The notes under the pieces were generated by a model, which saw only the letters and a program-made list of their open reading frames with translations, did no database searches and had not been told where the DNA came from. A stretch of 64,000 nt of DNA from Escherichia coli. GTDB taxonomy: Bacteria > Pseudomonadota > Gammaproteobacteria > Enterobacterales > Enterobacteriaceae. Shown one piece after another: positions 14,765 through 24,951 of this stretch (position 1 is the stretch's first letter; the number at the start of each line of letters is the position of its first letter). The translations under genes were made by a program, and so were the position numbers. Location of the stretch: assembly GCF_051903065.1 (NCBI RefSeq), contig NZ_CP178438.1. The stretch is one strand, 5' to 3'.

Positions 14765-16114
14765 ATGCTGGATAAAATTGTTATTGCCAACCGCGGCGAG
14801 ATTGCATTGCGTATTCTTCGTGCCTGTAAAGAACTGGGCATCAAGACTGTCGCTGTGCACTCCAGCGCGGATCGCGATCTAAAACACGTATTACTGGCAG
14901 ATGAAACGGTCTGTATTGGCCCTGCTCCGTCAGTAAAAAGTTATCTGAACATCCCGGCAATCATCAGCGCCGCTGAAATCACCGGCGCAGTAGCAATCCA
15001 TCCGGGTTACGGCTTCCTCTCCGAGAACGCCAACTTTGCCGAGCAGGTTGAACGCTCCGGCTTTATCTTCATTGGCCCGAAAGCAGAAACCATTCGCCTG
15101 ATGGGCGACAAAGTATCCGCAATCGCGGCGATGAAAAAAGCGGGCGTCCCTTGCGTACCGGGTTCTGACGGCCCGCTGGGCGACGATATGGATAAAAACC
15201 GTGCCATTGCTAAACGCATTGGTTATCCGGTGATTATCAAAGCCTCCGGCGGCGGCGGTGGTCGCGGTATGCGCGTAGTGCGCGGCGACGCTGAACTGGC
15301 ACAATCCATCTCCATGACCCGTGCGGAAGCGAAAGCTGCTTTCAGCAACGATATGGTTTACATGGAGAAATACCTGGAAAATCCTCGCCACGTCGAGATT
15401 CAGGTACTGGCTGACGGTCAGGGCAACGCTATCTATCTGGCGGAACGTGACTGCTCCATGCAGCGCCGCCACCAGAAAGTGGTCGAAGAAGCACCAGCAC
15501 CGGGCATTACCCCGGAACTGCGTCGCTACATCGGCGAACGTTGCGCTAAAGCGTGTGTTGATATCGGCTATCGCGGTGCAGGTACTTTCGAGTTCCTGTT
15601 CGAAAACGGCGAGTTCTATTTCATCGAAATGAACACCCGTATTCAGGTAGAACACCCGGTTACAGAAATGATCACCGGCGTTGACCTGATCAAAGAACAG
15701 CTGCGTATCGCTGCCGGTCAACCGCTGTCGATCAAGCAAGAAGAAGTTCACGTTCGCGGCCATGCGGTGGAATGCCGTATCAACGCCGAAGATCCGAACA
15801 CCTTCCTGCCAAGCCCGGGCAAAATCACCCGTTTCCACGCACCTGGCGGTTTTGGCGTACGTTGGGAGTCTCATATCTACGCGGGCTACACCGTACCGCC
15901 GTACTATGACTCAATGATCGGTAAGCTGATTTGCTACGGTGAAAACCGTGACGTGGCGATTGCTCGCATGAAAAATGCGCTGCAGGAGCTGATCATCGAC
16001 GGTATCAAAACCAACGTTGATCTGCAGATCCGCATCATGAATGACGAGAACTTCCAGCATGGTGGCACTAACATCCACTATCTGGAGAAAAAACTCGGTC
16101 TTCAGGAAAAATAA
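14765..16114 (+). CDS. accC: Biotin carboxylase
   Basis: ORF-track ORF starts at upstream ATG; true ATG at 14765 gives [26 protein letters not shown] (449 aa). Confidence 0.95.
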
Positions 16115-16129
16115 GACTGCAAAAGCGTC

Positions 16130-16156
16130 AAAAGGCCGGATTTTCCGGCCTTTTTT
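16130..16156 (+). terminator. Rho-independent terminator after accC
   Basis: aaaaggccggattttccggcctttttt: GC stem followed by T-tract. Confidence 0.6.
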
Positions 16157-16222
16157 ATTACTGGGGATCGACAACCCCCATAAGGTACAATCCTCGCTTT
16201 CTTCACCCATCAGGGACAAAAA

Positions 16223-16465
16223 ATGGACACTCGTTTTGTTCAGGCCCATAAAGAGGCGCGCTGGGCGCTGGGGCTGACCCTTTTGTATCTGGCAGTTTGG
16301 TTAGTAGCCGCTTACTTACCTGGCGTTGCCCCCGGTTTTACCGGCTTTCCGCGCTGGTTTGAGATGGCCTGCATCCTGACGCCGCTGCTGTTTATTGGAC
16401 TGTGCTGGGCGATGGTGAAATTTATCTATCGCGATATCCCACTGGAGGATGACGATGCAGCTTGA
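16223..16465 (+). CDS. yhdT: Small inner-membrane protein YhdT
   Basis: 80-aa hydrophobic ORF overlapping the panF start, as in the yhdT-panF arrangement. Confidence 0.8.
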   Translation: MDTRFVQAHKEARWALGLTLLYLAVWLVAAYLPGVAPGFTGFPRWFEMACILTPLLFIGLCWAMVKFIYRDIPLEDDDAA

Positions 16466-17906
16466 AGTAATTCTACCGCTGGTCGCCTATCTGGTGGTGG
16501 TGTTCGGTATCTCTGTTTATGCGATGCGTAAACGGAGCACCGGCACCTTCCTTAATGAGTATTTCCTCGGCAGCCGCTCTATGGGCGGTATTGTGCTGGC
16601 GATGACGCTCACCGCGACTTATATCAGTGCCAGTTCGTTTATCGGCGGGCCTGGAGCTGCTTACAAATACGGCCTTGGCTGGGTATTGCTGGCGATGATT
16701 CAGCTTCCGGCAGTCTGGCTTTCACTCGGTATTCTCGGCAAGAAGTTTGCGATTCTTGCGCGCCGCTACAATGCAGTGACGCTGAACGATATGCTGTTTG
16801 CCCGCTACCAGAGTCGTCTTCTGGTGTGGCTGGCGAGTTTGAGTTTGCTGGTTGCGTTCGTTGGTGCGATGACCGTGCAGTTTATCGGCGGTGCGCGCCT
16901 GCTGGAAACCGCGGCGGGTATTCCTTATGAAACCGGGCTGCTGATTTTTGGTATCAGCATTGCGTTATATACCGCCTTTGGTGGCTTTCGCGCCAGCGTG
17001 CTGAACGACACCATGCAAGGGCTTGTGATGCTGATTGGCACCGTTGTGCTGCTTATTGGCGTGGTACATGCCGCTGGCGGCTTAAGCAACGCAGTACAGA
17101 CCTTGCAAACCATCGATCCGCAACTGGTTACGCCACAAGGCGCTGACGATATTCTGTCGCCTGCCTTTATGACGTCGTTCTGGGTACTGGTGTGCTTTGG
17201 CGTTATAGGCCTGCCGCATACTGCGGTGCGCTGTATCTCTTATAAAGACAGCAAAGCAGTACACCGGGGGATCATCATCGGTACGATTGTAGTCGCAATC
17301 CTGATGTTCGGTATGCACCTGGCCGGAGCGTTAGGTCGTGCAGTGATCCCCGATCTCACCGTACCGGATCTGGTGATCCCGACGTTAATGGTAAAAGTGC
17401 TGCCACCGTTTGCTGCCGGGATCTTTCTGGCTGCACCTATGGCTGCGATCATGTCGACAATTAACGCCCAATTGCTACAAAGTTCCGCTACGATCATTAA
17501 AGATCTCTATCTGAATATCCGTCCGGATCAAATGCAAAACGAGACGCGTCTGAAGCGGATGTCGGCGGTAATTACGTTAGTTCTCGGCGCGTTGCTGCTG
17601 CTTGCCGCCTGGAAGCCGCCAGAAATGATCATCTGGCTGAATTTGCTGGCCTTCGGTGGGCTGGAAGCCGTTTTCCTGTGGCCGCTGGTGCTGGGTCTTT
17701 ACTGGGAACGCGCCAACGCCAAAGGCGCGCTAAGTGCGATGATCGTTGGCGGCGTGCTGTATGCCGTACTCGCGACGCTGAATATTCAGTACCTGGGCTT
17801 CCACCCTATCGTGCCCTCGTTACTACTAAGTTTGCTGGCTTTCCTGGTCGGAAACCGTTTCGGTACATCCGTCCCGCAAGCTACCGTTTTGACTACTGAT
17901 AAATAA
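16455..17906 (+). CDS. panF: Sodium/pantothenate symporter
   Basis: ATG at 16455 gives [28 protein letters not shown] (483 aa), the PanF N-terminus. Confidence 0.9.
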
Positions 17907-17917
17907 AGAGTTTTGCC

Positions 17918-18799
17918 ATGCCTTGGATCCAACTGAAACTGAACACCACCGGCGCGAACGCGGAAGATCTTAGCGATGCGCTGATGGAAGCGGGTGCCGT
18001 TTCTATCACTTTTCAGGATACCCACGATACGCCAGTATTTGAGCCGCTGCCGGGCGAAACGCGCCTGTGGGGCGACACCGATGTGATTGGTCTGTTCGAC
18101 GCTGAAACCGATATGAACGACGTGGTGGCGATTCTGGAAAACCATCCGCTGCTCGGCGCAGGCTTCGCGCATAAAATCGAACAACTAGAAGATAAAGACT
18201 GGGAGCGCGAATGGATGGATAATTTCCACCCGATGCGCTTTGGTGAACGACTGTGGATCTGCCCTAGCTGGCGTGATGTGCCGGACGAAAACGCCGTCAA
18301 CGTGATGTTAGATCCAGGGCTGGCGTTTGGTACGGGTACCCATCCAACCACCTCTCTGTGCCTGCAATGGCTCGACAGCCTCGATTTAACCGGTAAAACA
18401 GTCATCGACTTTGGCTGTGGTTCCGGCATTCTGGCGATCGCGGCGCTGAAACTGGGTGCAGCAAAAGCCATTGGTATTGATATCGATCCGCAGGCGATTC
18501 AGGCCAGCCGCGATAACGCCGAACGTAATGGCGTTTCTGACCGTCTGGAACTCTACTTACCGAAAGATCAGCCAGAAGAAATGAAAGCCGACGTGGTGGT
18601 CGCTAACATCCTTGCAGGCCCGTTACGTGAACTGGCACCGTTAATCAGCGTCCTGCCGGTTTCAGGCGGTTTGCTGGGCCTTTCCGGTATTCTGGCAAGC
18701 CAGGCAGAGAGCGTTTGCGAAGCTTATGCCGACAGCTTCGCACTGGACCCGGTCGTGGAAAAAGAAGAGTGGTGCCGCATTACCGGTCGTAAGAATTAA
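17918..18799 (+). CDS. prmA: Ribosomal protein L11 methyltransferase
   Basis: 293-aa [37 protein letters not shown] with [13 protein letters not shown] AdoMet motif. Confidence 0.9.
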
Positions 18800-19060
18800 C
18801 CTTCGCATCGCCGTAGGGTGACGCAGGGCGAAGTGCGAGCAAGCTCACAAAAGGCACGTAAATTTGCTGATTATTTACGCAATTTTGCGTGCCAAAATTT
18901 TCATTCATAAAGAAAAATTGAGAACTTACTCAAATTTCTTTGAGTGTAAATTTTAGTCACTATTTTCTAATATGATGATTTTTATGAGTAATTATCGCGC
19001 TACGCTCATTTTAAATGCAATTCTTTGATCCATCTCAGAGGATTGGTCAAAGTTTGGCCT

Positions 19061-19088
19061 TTCATCTCGTGCAAAAAATGCGTAATAT
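19061..19088 (+). promoter_or_regulatory. dusB-fis operon promoter (-35 TTCATC, 16-bp spacer, -10 TAATAT, GC-rich discriminator)
   Basis: Hexamers read at 19061-19066 and 19083-19088, followed by ACGCCGCC; AT-rich tracts upstream (18,880-19,060) fit the known upstream Fis/IHF site region. Confidence 0.65.
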
Positions 19089-19127
19089 ACGCCGCCTTGC
19101 AGTCACAGTATGGTCATTTCTTAACTC

Positions 19128-20093
19128 ATGCGCATCGGACAATATCAGCTCAGAAATCGCCTGATCGCAGCGCCCATGGCTGGCATTACAGACAGACCTT
19201 TTCGGACGTTGTGCTACGAGATGGGAGCCGGATTGACAGTATCCGAGATGATGTCTTCTAACCCACAGGTTTGGGAAAGCGACAAATCTCGTTTACGGAT
19301 GGTGCACATTGATGAACCCGGTATTCGCACCGTGCAAATTGCTGGTAGCGATCCGAAAGAAATGGCAGATGCAGCACGTATTAACGTGGAAAGCGGTGCC
19401 CAGATTATTGATATCAATATGGGTTGCCCGGCTAAAAAAGTGAATCGCAAGCTCGCAGGTTCAGCCCTCTTGCAGTACCCGGATGTCGTTAAATCGATCC
19501 TTACCGAGGTCGTCAATGCAGTGGACGTTCCTGTTACCCTGAAGATTCGCACCGGCTGGGCACCGGAACACCGTAACTGCGAAGAGATTGCCCAACTGGC
19601 TGAAGACTGTGGCATTCAGGCTCTGACCATTCATGGCCGTACACGCGCCTGTTTGTTCAATGGAGAAGCTGAGTACGACAGTATTCGGGCAGTTAAGCAG
19701 AAAGTTTCCATTCCGGTTATCGCGAATGGCGACATTACTGACCCGCTTAAAGCCAGAGCTGTGCTCGACTATACAGGGGCGGATGCCCTGATGATAGGCC
19801 GCGCAGCTCAGGGAAGACCCTGGATCTTTCGGGAAATCCAGCATTATCTGGACACTGGGGAGTTGCTGCCCCCGCTGCCTTTGGCAGAGGTTAAGCGCTT
19901 GCTTTGCGCGCACGTTCGGGAACTGCATGACTTTTATGGTCCGGCAAAAGGGTACCGAATTGCACGTAAACACGTTTCCTGGTATCTCCAGGAACACGCT
20001 CCAAATGACCAGTTTCGGCGCACATTCAACGCCATTGAGGATGCCAGCGAACAGCTGGAGGCGTTGGAGGCATACTTCGAAAATTTTGCGTAA
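19128..20093 (+). CDS. dusB: tRNA-dihydrouridine synthase B
   Basis: 321-aa [38 protein letters not shown]. Confidence 0.9.
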   Translation: MRIGQYQLRNRLIAAPMAGITDRPFRTLCYEMGAGLTVSEMMSSNPQVWESDKSRLRMVHIDEPGIRTVQIAGSDPKEMADAARINVESGAQIIDINMGCPAKKVNRKLAGSALLQYPDVVKSILTEVVNAVDVPVTLKIRTGWAPEHRNCEEIAQLAEDCGIQALTIHGRTRACLFNGEAEYDSIRAVKQKVSIPVIANGDITDPLKARAVLDYTGADALMIGRAAQGRPWIFREIQHYLDTGELLPPLPLAEVKRLLCAHVRELHDFYGPAKGYRIARKHVSWYLQEHAPNDQFRRTFNAIEDASEQLEALEAYFENFA

Positions 20094-20118
20094 ACAGAAA
20101 TAAAGAGCTGACAGAACT

Positions 20119-20415
20119 ATGTTCGAACAACGCGTAAATTCTGACGTACTGACCGTTTCTACCGTTAACTCTCAGGATCAGGTAACCCAAAAACCCCTGC
20201 GTGACTCGGTTAAACAGGCACTGAAGAACTATTTTGCTCAACTGAATGGTCAGGATGTGAATGACCTCTATGAGCTGGTACTGGCTGAAGTAGAACAGCC
20301 CCTGTTGGACATGGTGATGCAATACACCCGTGGTAACCAGACCCGTGCTGCGCTGATGATGGGCATCAACCGTGGTACGCTGCGTAAAAAATTGAAAAAA
20401 TACGGCATGAACTAA
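20119..20415 (+). CDS. fis: Nucleoid-associated protein Fis
   Basis: 98-aa [101 protein letters not shown], recognised as Fis in full. Confidence 0.95.
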
Positions 20416-20440
20416 TTCAGGTTAGCTAAATGCTTGATTA

Positions 20441-20476
20441 AAAAGGCGCTACTCGGCATGGGGAAGCGCCTTTTTT
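20441..20476 (+). terminator. Candidate terminator after fis
   Basis: aaaaggcgct...agcgcctttttt inverted repeat with T-tract. Confidence 0.5.
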
Positions 20477-20500
20477 ATAGGTGTCACAAAGGGAGTGACC

Positions 20501-21196
20501 ATGAGAACAGGATGTGAACCGACCCGGTTTGGTAATGAAGCTAAGACCATTATTCACGGTGATGCCCTTGCCGAACTTAAAAAGCTACCTACTGAAAGCG
20601 TCGATCTGATCTTTGCCGACCCACCGTATAACATCGGTAAAAATTTTGATGGTCTGATCGAAGCCTGGAAAGAAGATCTGTTTATCGACTGGCTGTTAGA
20701 AGTGATTGCAGAGTGCCACCGCGTTCTGAAAAAGCAGGGCAGCATGTACATCATGAACAGTACGGAAAACATGCCCTTTATCGATCTCCAGTGCCGCAAG
20801 CTTTTTACCATCAAAAGTCGCATCGTCTGGTCATATGACAGTTCTGGAGTGCAGGCGAAAAAACACTACGGCTCCATGTACGAACCCATCCTGATGATGG
20901 TGAAAGACGCAAAGAACTACACATTCAACGGTGATGCTATTCTGGTAGAAGCCAAAACCGGATCGCAGCGCGCGTTGATCGATTATCGCAAAAATCCTCC
21001 ACAGCCTTACAATCATCAAAAAGTACCGGGTAACGTCTGGGATTTTCCGCGCGTGCGTTATTTGATGGATGAATATGAGAACCACCCGACGCAAAAACCG
21101 GAAGCCTTACTGAAACGCATTATTCTCGCCTCTTCCAACCCAGGCGATATCGTTCTCGACCCGTTTGCCGGTGATGCTGCCAACTTACTGATTTAG
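20501..21196 (+). pseudogene. yhdJ: DNA adenine methyltransferase YhdJ, 3'-truncated by IS1; reading frame runs 8 codons into the IS1 inverted repeat to a TAG
   Basis: MRTGCEPTRFGNEAKTIIHGDAL...DPPY motif...DPFAG then GDAANLLI* encoded by the IS1 end (GGTGATGCTGCCAACTTACTGATTTAG); native YhdJ is ~294 aa by recall. Confidence 0.8.
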
Positions 21197-21224
21197 TGTA
21201 TGATGGTGTTTTTGAGGTGCTCCA

Positions 21225-21500
21225 GTGGCTTCTGTTTCTATCAGCTGTCCCTCCTGTTCAGCTACTGACGGGGTGGTGCGTAACGGCAAAAGCACCGCCG
21301 GACATCAGCGCTATCTCTGCTCTCACTGCCGTAAAACATGGCAACTGCAGTTCACTTACACCGCTTCTCAACCCGGTACGCACCAGAAAATCATTGATAT
21401 GGCCATGAATGGCGTTGGATGCCGGGCAACAGCCCGCATTATGGGCGTTGGCCTCAACACGATTTTACGTCACTTAAAAAACTCAGGCCGCAGTCGGTAA
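21225..21500 (+). CDS. insA: IS1 InsA (transposition inhibitor / N-terminal part of transposase)
   Basis: 91-aa [40 protein letters not shown] with GTG start. Confidence 0.9.
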
Positions 21501-21922
21501 CCTCGCGCATACAGCCGGGCAGTGACGTCATCGTCTGCGCGGAAATGGACGAACAGTGGGGCTATGTCGGGGCTAAATCGCGCCAGCGCTGGCTGTTTTA
21601 CGCGTATGACAGGCTCCGGAAGACGGTTGTTGCGCACGTATTCGGTGAACGCACTATGGCGACGCTGGGGCGTCTTATGAGCCTGCTGTCACCCTTTGAC
21701 GTGGTGATATGGATGACGGATGGCTGGCCGCTGTATGAATCCCGCCTGAAGGGAAAGCTGCACGTAATCAGCAAGCGATATACGCAGCGAATTGAGCGGC
21801 ATAACCTGAATCTGAGGCAGCACCTGGCACGGCTGGGACGGAAGTCGCTGTCGTTCTCAAAATCGGTGGAGCTGCATGACAAAGTCATCGGGCATTATCT
21901 GAACATAAAACACTATCAATAA
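21419..21922 (+). CDS. insB: IS1 InsB reading frame (expressed as InsAB' transposase by -1 frameshift at the A6C motif near 21476)
   Basis: 167-aa ORF in the -1 frame relative to insA; TTAAAAAACTC slippery motif at 21474-21484. Confidence 0.8.
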
Positions 21923-22015
21923 GTTGGAGTCATTACCCGGTGATAAAATGGCATTCAGCTCGTTAATAAGAGAGTTAACTTATTAAGCGTTAGCGTTTAT
22001 TACTGAGGTAACACC

Positions 22016-22237
22016 ATGAAAAGATTAATTCCTGTGGCATTGCTCACCGCATTGCTGGCGGGCTGTGCTCACGATTCGCCCTGCGTTCCGGTTTATGACG
22101 ATCAGGGGCGTCTGGTTCACACCAATACCTGTATGAAAGGCACAACTCAGGATAACTGGGAAACGGCTGGGGCTATTGCTGGCGGAGCAGCAGCTGTTGC
22201 TGGCCTGACGATGGGGATCATCGCTCTGTCGAAATAA
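22016..22237 (+). CDS. yhdV: Small lipoprotein YhdV
   Basis: 73-aa ORF MKRLIPVALLTALLAGCAHDS: lipobox LAGC plus Gly/Ala-rich C-terminus. Confidence 0.75.
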   Translation: MKRLIPVALLTALLAGCAHDSPCVPVYDDQGRLVHTNTCMKGTTQDNWETAGAIAGGAAAVAGLTMGIIALSK

Positions 22238-22463
22238 CTGAACAGGGCGCGGAGTTTCGCGCTCTGTTTAACGATACAGTATCTTTACATAAGATAAAAT
22301 ATTGCTATATTCTGCTGGCTAATTCTCTGCTGATTTAGCATGTTATATCGCGTTATTTCGCTGCTTTCGAAATAACGCATCAATTTAACTTTCGCACTTC
22401 CCACCAGAAATATACTCACGCTAACAATCATTATTCTGCTTAGTAAAACACGCGTAAATATTT

Positions 22464-22482
22464 TGCGCCAAAATGTGGCGCA
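22464..22482 (+). promoter_or_regulatory. Inverted repeat TGCGCCA-N5-TGGCGCA, candidate enhancer-binding (NtrC-like) site
   Basis: Near-perfect palindrome about 100 bp upstream of the sigma54-type promoter. Confidence 0.4.
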
Positions 22483-22571
22483 TGTTTCATTTTCGCACCA
22501 TTGCGGGGCGCTGTTTTTATTATTTCCTGTCTACACTCAGCTTATTGCGACGCGAAATCGTGCGCAAAACA

Positions 22572-22587
22572 TGGCACTACTTTTGCT
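22572..22587 (+). promoter_or_regulatory. Sigma54 (RpoN) type promoter for yhdWXYZ: TGGCAC-N5-TTGCT
   Basis: GG at 22573-22574 and GC at 22585-22586, the correct 12-nt offset for -24/-12 elements; about 80 nt upstream of yhdW ATG. Confidence 0.6.
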
Positions 22588-22667
22588 TATAAGAGGATGG
22601 CCACAGACAGGTAAAAGACGTTTCCCAAACGTCCTATAACGATAATTTTCGCCTCACAGGAAGCATT

Positions 22668-23693
22668 ATGAAAAAGATGATGATAGCCACACTGGCTGCC
22701 GCCAGCGTGCTGCTTGCCGTTGCAAATCAGGCGCATGCTGGCGCGACGCTTGATGCCGTTCAGAAAAAAGGTTTTGTGCAATGCGGGATCAGTGATGGAT
22801 TACCTGGGTTCTCTTATGCCGATGCTGACGGTAAATTTTCAGGTATTGATGTTGATATTTGTCGTGGTGTTGCCGCTGCTGTATTTGGTGACGACACGAA
22901 AGTGAAATATACCCCGCTCACTGCAAAAGAACGCTTCACCGCTTTACAGTCAGGGGAGGTGGATTTGCTCTCCCGTAATACGACCTGGACTTCATCTCGC
23001 GACGCCGGGATGGGAATGGCATTTACTGGCGTCACTTATTACGACGGCATTGGCTTCCTGACGCACGATAAAGCGGGGCTAAAAAGCGCGAAAGAACTGG
23101 ATGGCGCTACCGTCTGTATTCAGGCGGGTACTGATACCGAACTCAACGTTGCCGACTATTTCAAGGCAAACAATATGAAGTACACACCGGTGACTTTCGA
23201 TCGCTCTGACGAATCAGCGAAGGCACTGGAATCTGGTCGCTGCGATACGCTGGCCTCGGATCAGTCGCAACTGTATGCCCTGCGCATCAAATTAAGCAAC
23301 CCGGCTGAATGGATTGTCTTACCGGAGGTTATCTCTAAAGAACCGCTTGGGCCGGTAGTTCGTCGTGGCGATGATGAATGGTTCTCGATTGTACGCTGGA
23401 CGCTTTTCGCCATGCTAAATGCTGAAGAGATGGGCATCAATTCCCAGAACGTCGATGAAAAAGCGGCTAATCCAGCAACGCCTGATATGGCACATCTGCT
23501 GGGTAAAGAAGGCGATTACGGCAAGGATCTGAAGTTGGATAATAAATGGGCCTATAACATCATCAAACAGGTGGGTAACTACTCGGAAATTTTTGAGCGT
23601 AACGTAGGTTCAGAAAGCCCGCTGAAAATTAAACGTGGGCAAAATAATCTCTGGAATAACGGCGGTATTCAGTACGCACCGCCCGTGCGTTAA
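22668..23693 (+). CDS. yhdW: Polar amino-acid ABC transporter, periplasmic substrate-binding protein
   Basis: 341-aa ORF with signal peptide MKKMMIATLAAASVLLAVANQAHA; first gene of a four-gene ABC operon. Confidence 0.85.
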   Translation: MKKMMIATLAAASVLLAVANQAHAGATLDAVQKKGFVQCGISDGLPGFSYADADGKFSGIDVDICRGVAAAVFGDDTKVKYTPLTAKERFTALQSGEVDLLSRNTTWTSSRDAGMGMAFTGVTYYDGIGFLTHDKAGLKSAKELDGATVCIQAGTDTELNVADYFKANNMKYTPVTFDRSDESAKALESGRCDTLASDQSQLYALRIKLSNPAEWIVLPEVISKEPLGPVVRRGDDEWFSIVRWTLFAMLNAEEMGINSQNVDEKAANPATPDMAHLLGKEGDYGKDLKLDNKWAYNIIKQVGNYSEIFERNVGSESPLKIKRGQNNLWNNGGIQYAPPVR

Positions 23694-23760
23694 GTCGGTG
23701 TGAGGTAACGAGCGTCGCTACGGCGGCGCTCTCTTCAGCGTTATGCTTTCCGAGGTTTCT

Positions 23761-24942
23761 ATGTCTCATCGCCGCTCAACCGTTAAAGGCTCACTCTCCT
23801 TTGCCAACCCTACGGTTCGTGCCTGGTTATTCCAGATCCTTGCCGTTGTTGCTGTTGTCGGCATTGTTGGTTGGTTATTTCACAACACTGTAACGAATCT
23901 CAATAATCGTGGCATTACTTCAGGTTTTGCCTTTCTGGATCGCGGCGCTGGCTTCGGTATTGTCCAGCATTTGATCGATTACCAGCAGGGCGACACCTAC
24001 GGACGCGTTTTTATTGTCGGCTTACTCAATACGCTACTGGTTTCTGCATTGTGTATTGTGTTCGCTTCTGTTTTGGGCTTCTTTATCGGTCTGGCGAGAC
24101 TTTCGGATAACTGGCTGCTACGAAAGCTTTCCACAATTTATATTGAGATCTTCCGTAATATTCCCCCGCTGCTGCAAATCTTCTTCTGGTACTTTGCCGT
24201 GTTGCGCAATTTGCCCGGACCACGCCAGGCTGTGAGCGCGTTTGATCTGGCCTTTTTGAGCAATCGTGGGCTTTATATTCCGTCACCGCAGCTGGGAGAC
24301 GGATTTATTGCGTTTATCCTGGCTGTTGTTATGGCTATAGTCCTTTCTGTTGGGCTATTCCGCTTTAATAAAACATACCAGATAAAGACCGGACAACTGC
24401 GCCGCACCTGGCCGATCGCTGCAGTGTTGATCATTGGTTTGCCTTTACTGGCGCAATGGCTTTTTGGCGCAGCACTACACTGGGATGTCCCAGCCCTACA
24501 AGGCTTTAACTTCCGCGGCGGGATGGTTTTAATTCCTGAACTGGCAGCCTTAACGCTGGCACTTTCGGTTTATACCTCTGCATTTATCGCCGAGATTATC
24601 CGCGCGGGGATCCAGGCAGTGCCTTATGGTCAACATGAAGCGGCTCGGTCACTGGGATTACCCAACCCGGTTACGCTACGCCAGGTCATTATTCCCCAGG
24701 CACTGCGGGTGATTATTCCACCGTTAACCAGCCAGTATCTCAACATCGTCAAAAACTCCTCTCTTGCCGCCGCTATTGGCTATCCCGATATGGTTTCGCT
24801 GTTTGCTGGCACCGTGCTGAACCAGACGGGGCAAGCCATCGAGACGATAGCCATGACCATGTCGGTCTATCTGATTATCAGCCTGACTATCTCGCTGCTG
24901 ATGAATATCTATAACCGCCGCATCGCGATCGTGGAACGCTAA
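23761..24942 (+). CDS. yhdX: Amino-acid ABC transporter permease
   Basis: Start at ATG 23761 (RBS GAGG upstream) gives MSHRRSTVKGSLSF, 393 aa, multi-TM. Confidence 0.85.
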   Translation: MSHRRSTVKGSLSFANPTVRAWLFQILAVVAVVGIVGWLFHNTVTNLNNRGITSGFAFLDRGAGFGIVQHLIDYQQGDTYGRVFIVGLLNTLLVSALCIVFASVLGFFIGLARLSDNWLLRKLSTIYIEIFRNIPPLLQIFFWYFAVLRNLPGPRQAVSAFDLAFLSNRGLYIPSPQLGDGFIAFILAVVMAIVLSVGLFRFNKTYQIKTGQLRRTWPIAAVLIIGLPLLAQWLFGAALHWDVPALQGFNFRGGMVLIPELAALTLALSVYTSAFIAEIIRAGIQAVPYGQHEAARSLGLPNPVTLRQVIIPQALRVIIPPLTSQYLNIVKNSSLAAAIGYPDMVSLFAGTVLNQTGQAIETIAMTMSVYLIISLTISLLMNIYNRRIAIVER

Positions 24943-24951
24943 GGAGTCATG

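Larger units (their letters stand above)
21170..21937 (+). mobile_element. IS1 insertion sequence, complete (768 bp)
   Basis: Left IR GGTGATGCTGCCAACTTACTGAT at 21170 and right IR (rc GGTAATGACTCCAACTTATTGAT) ending at 21937; contains insA and insB. Confidence 0.9.

Noticed and set aside
14930-15874. 314-aa minus-strand ORF opposite accC
   Set aside because: Antisense to the clearly coding accC (ATP-grasp motifs on the plus strand); shadow ORF.
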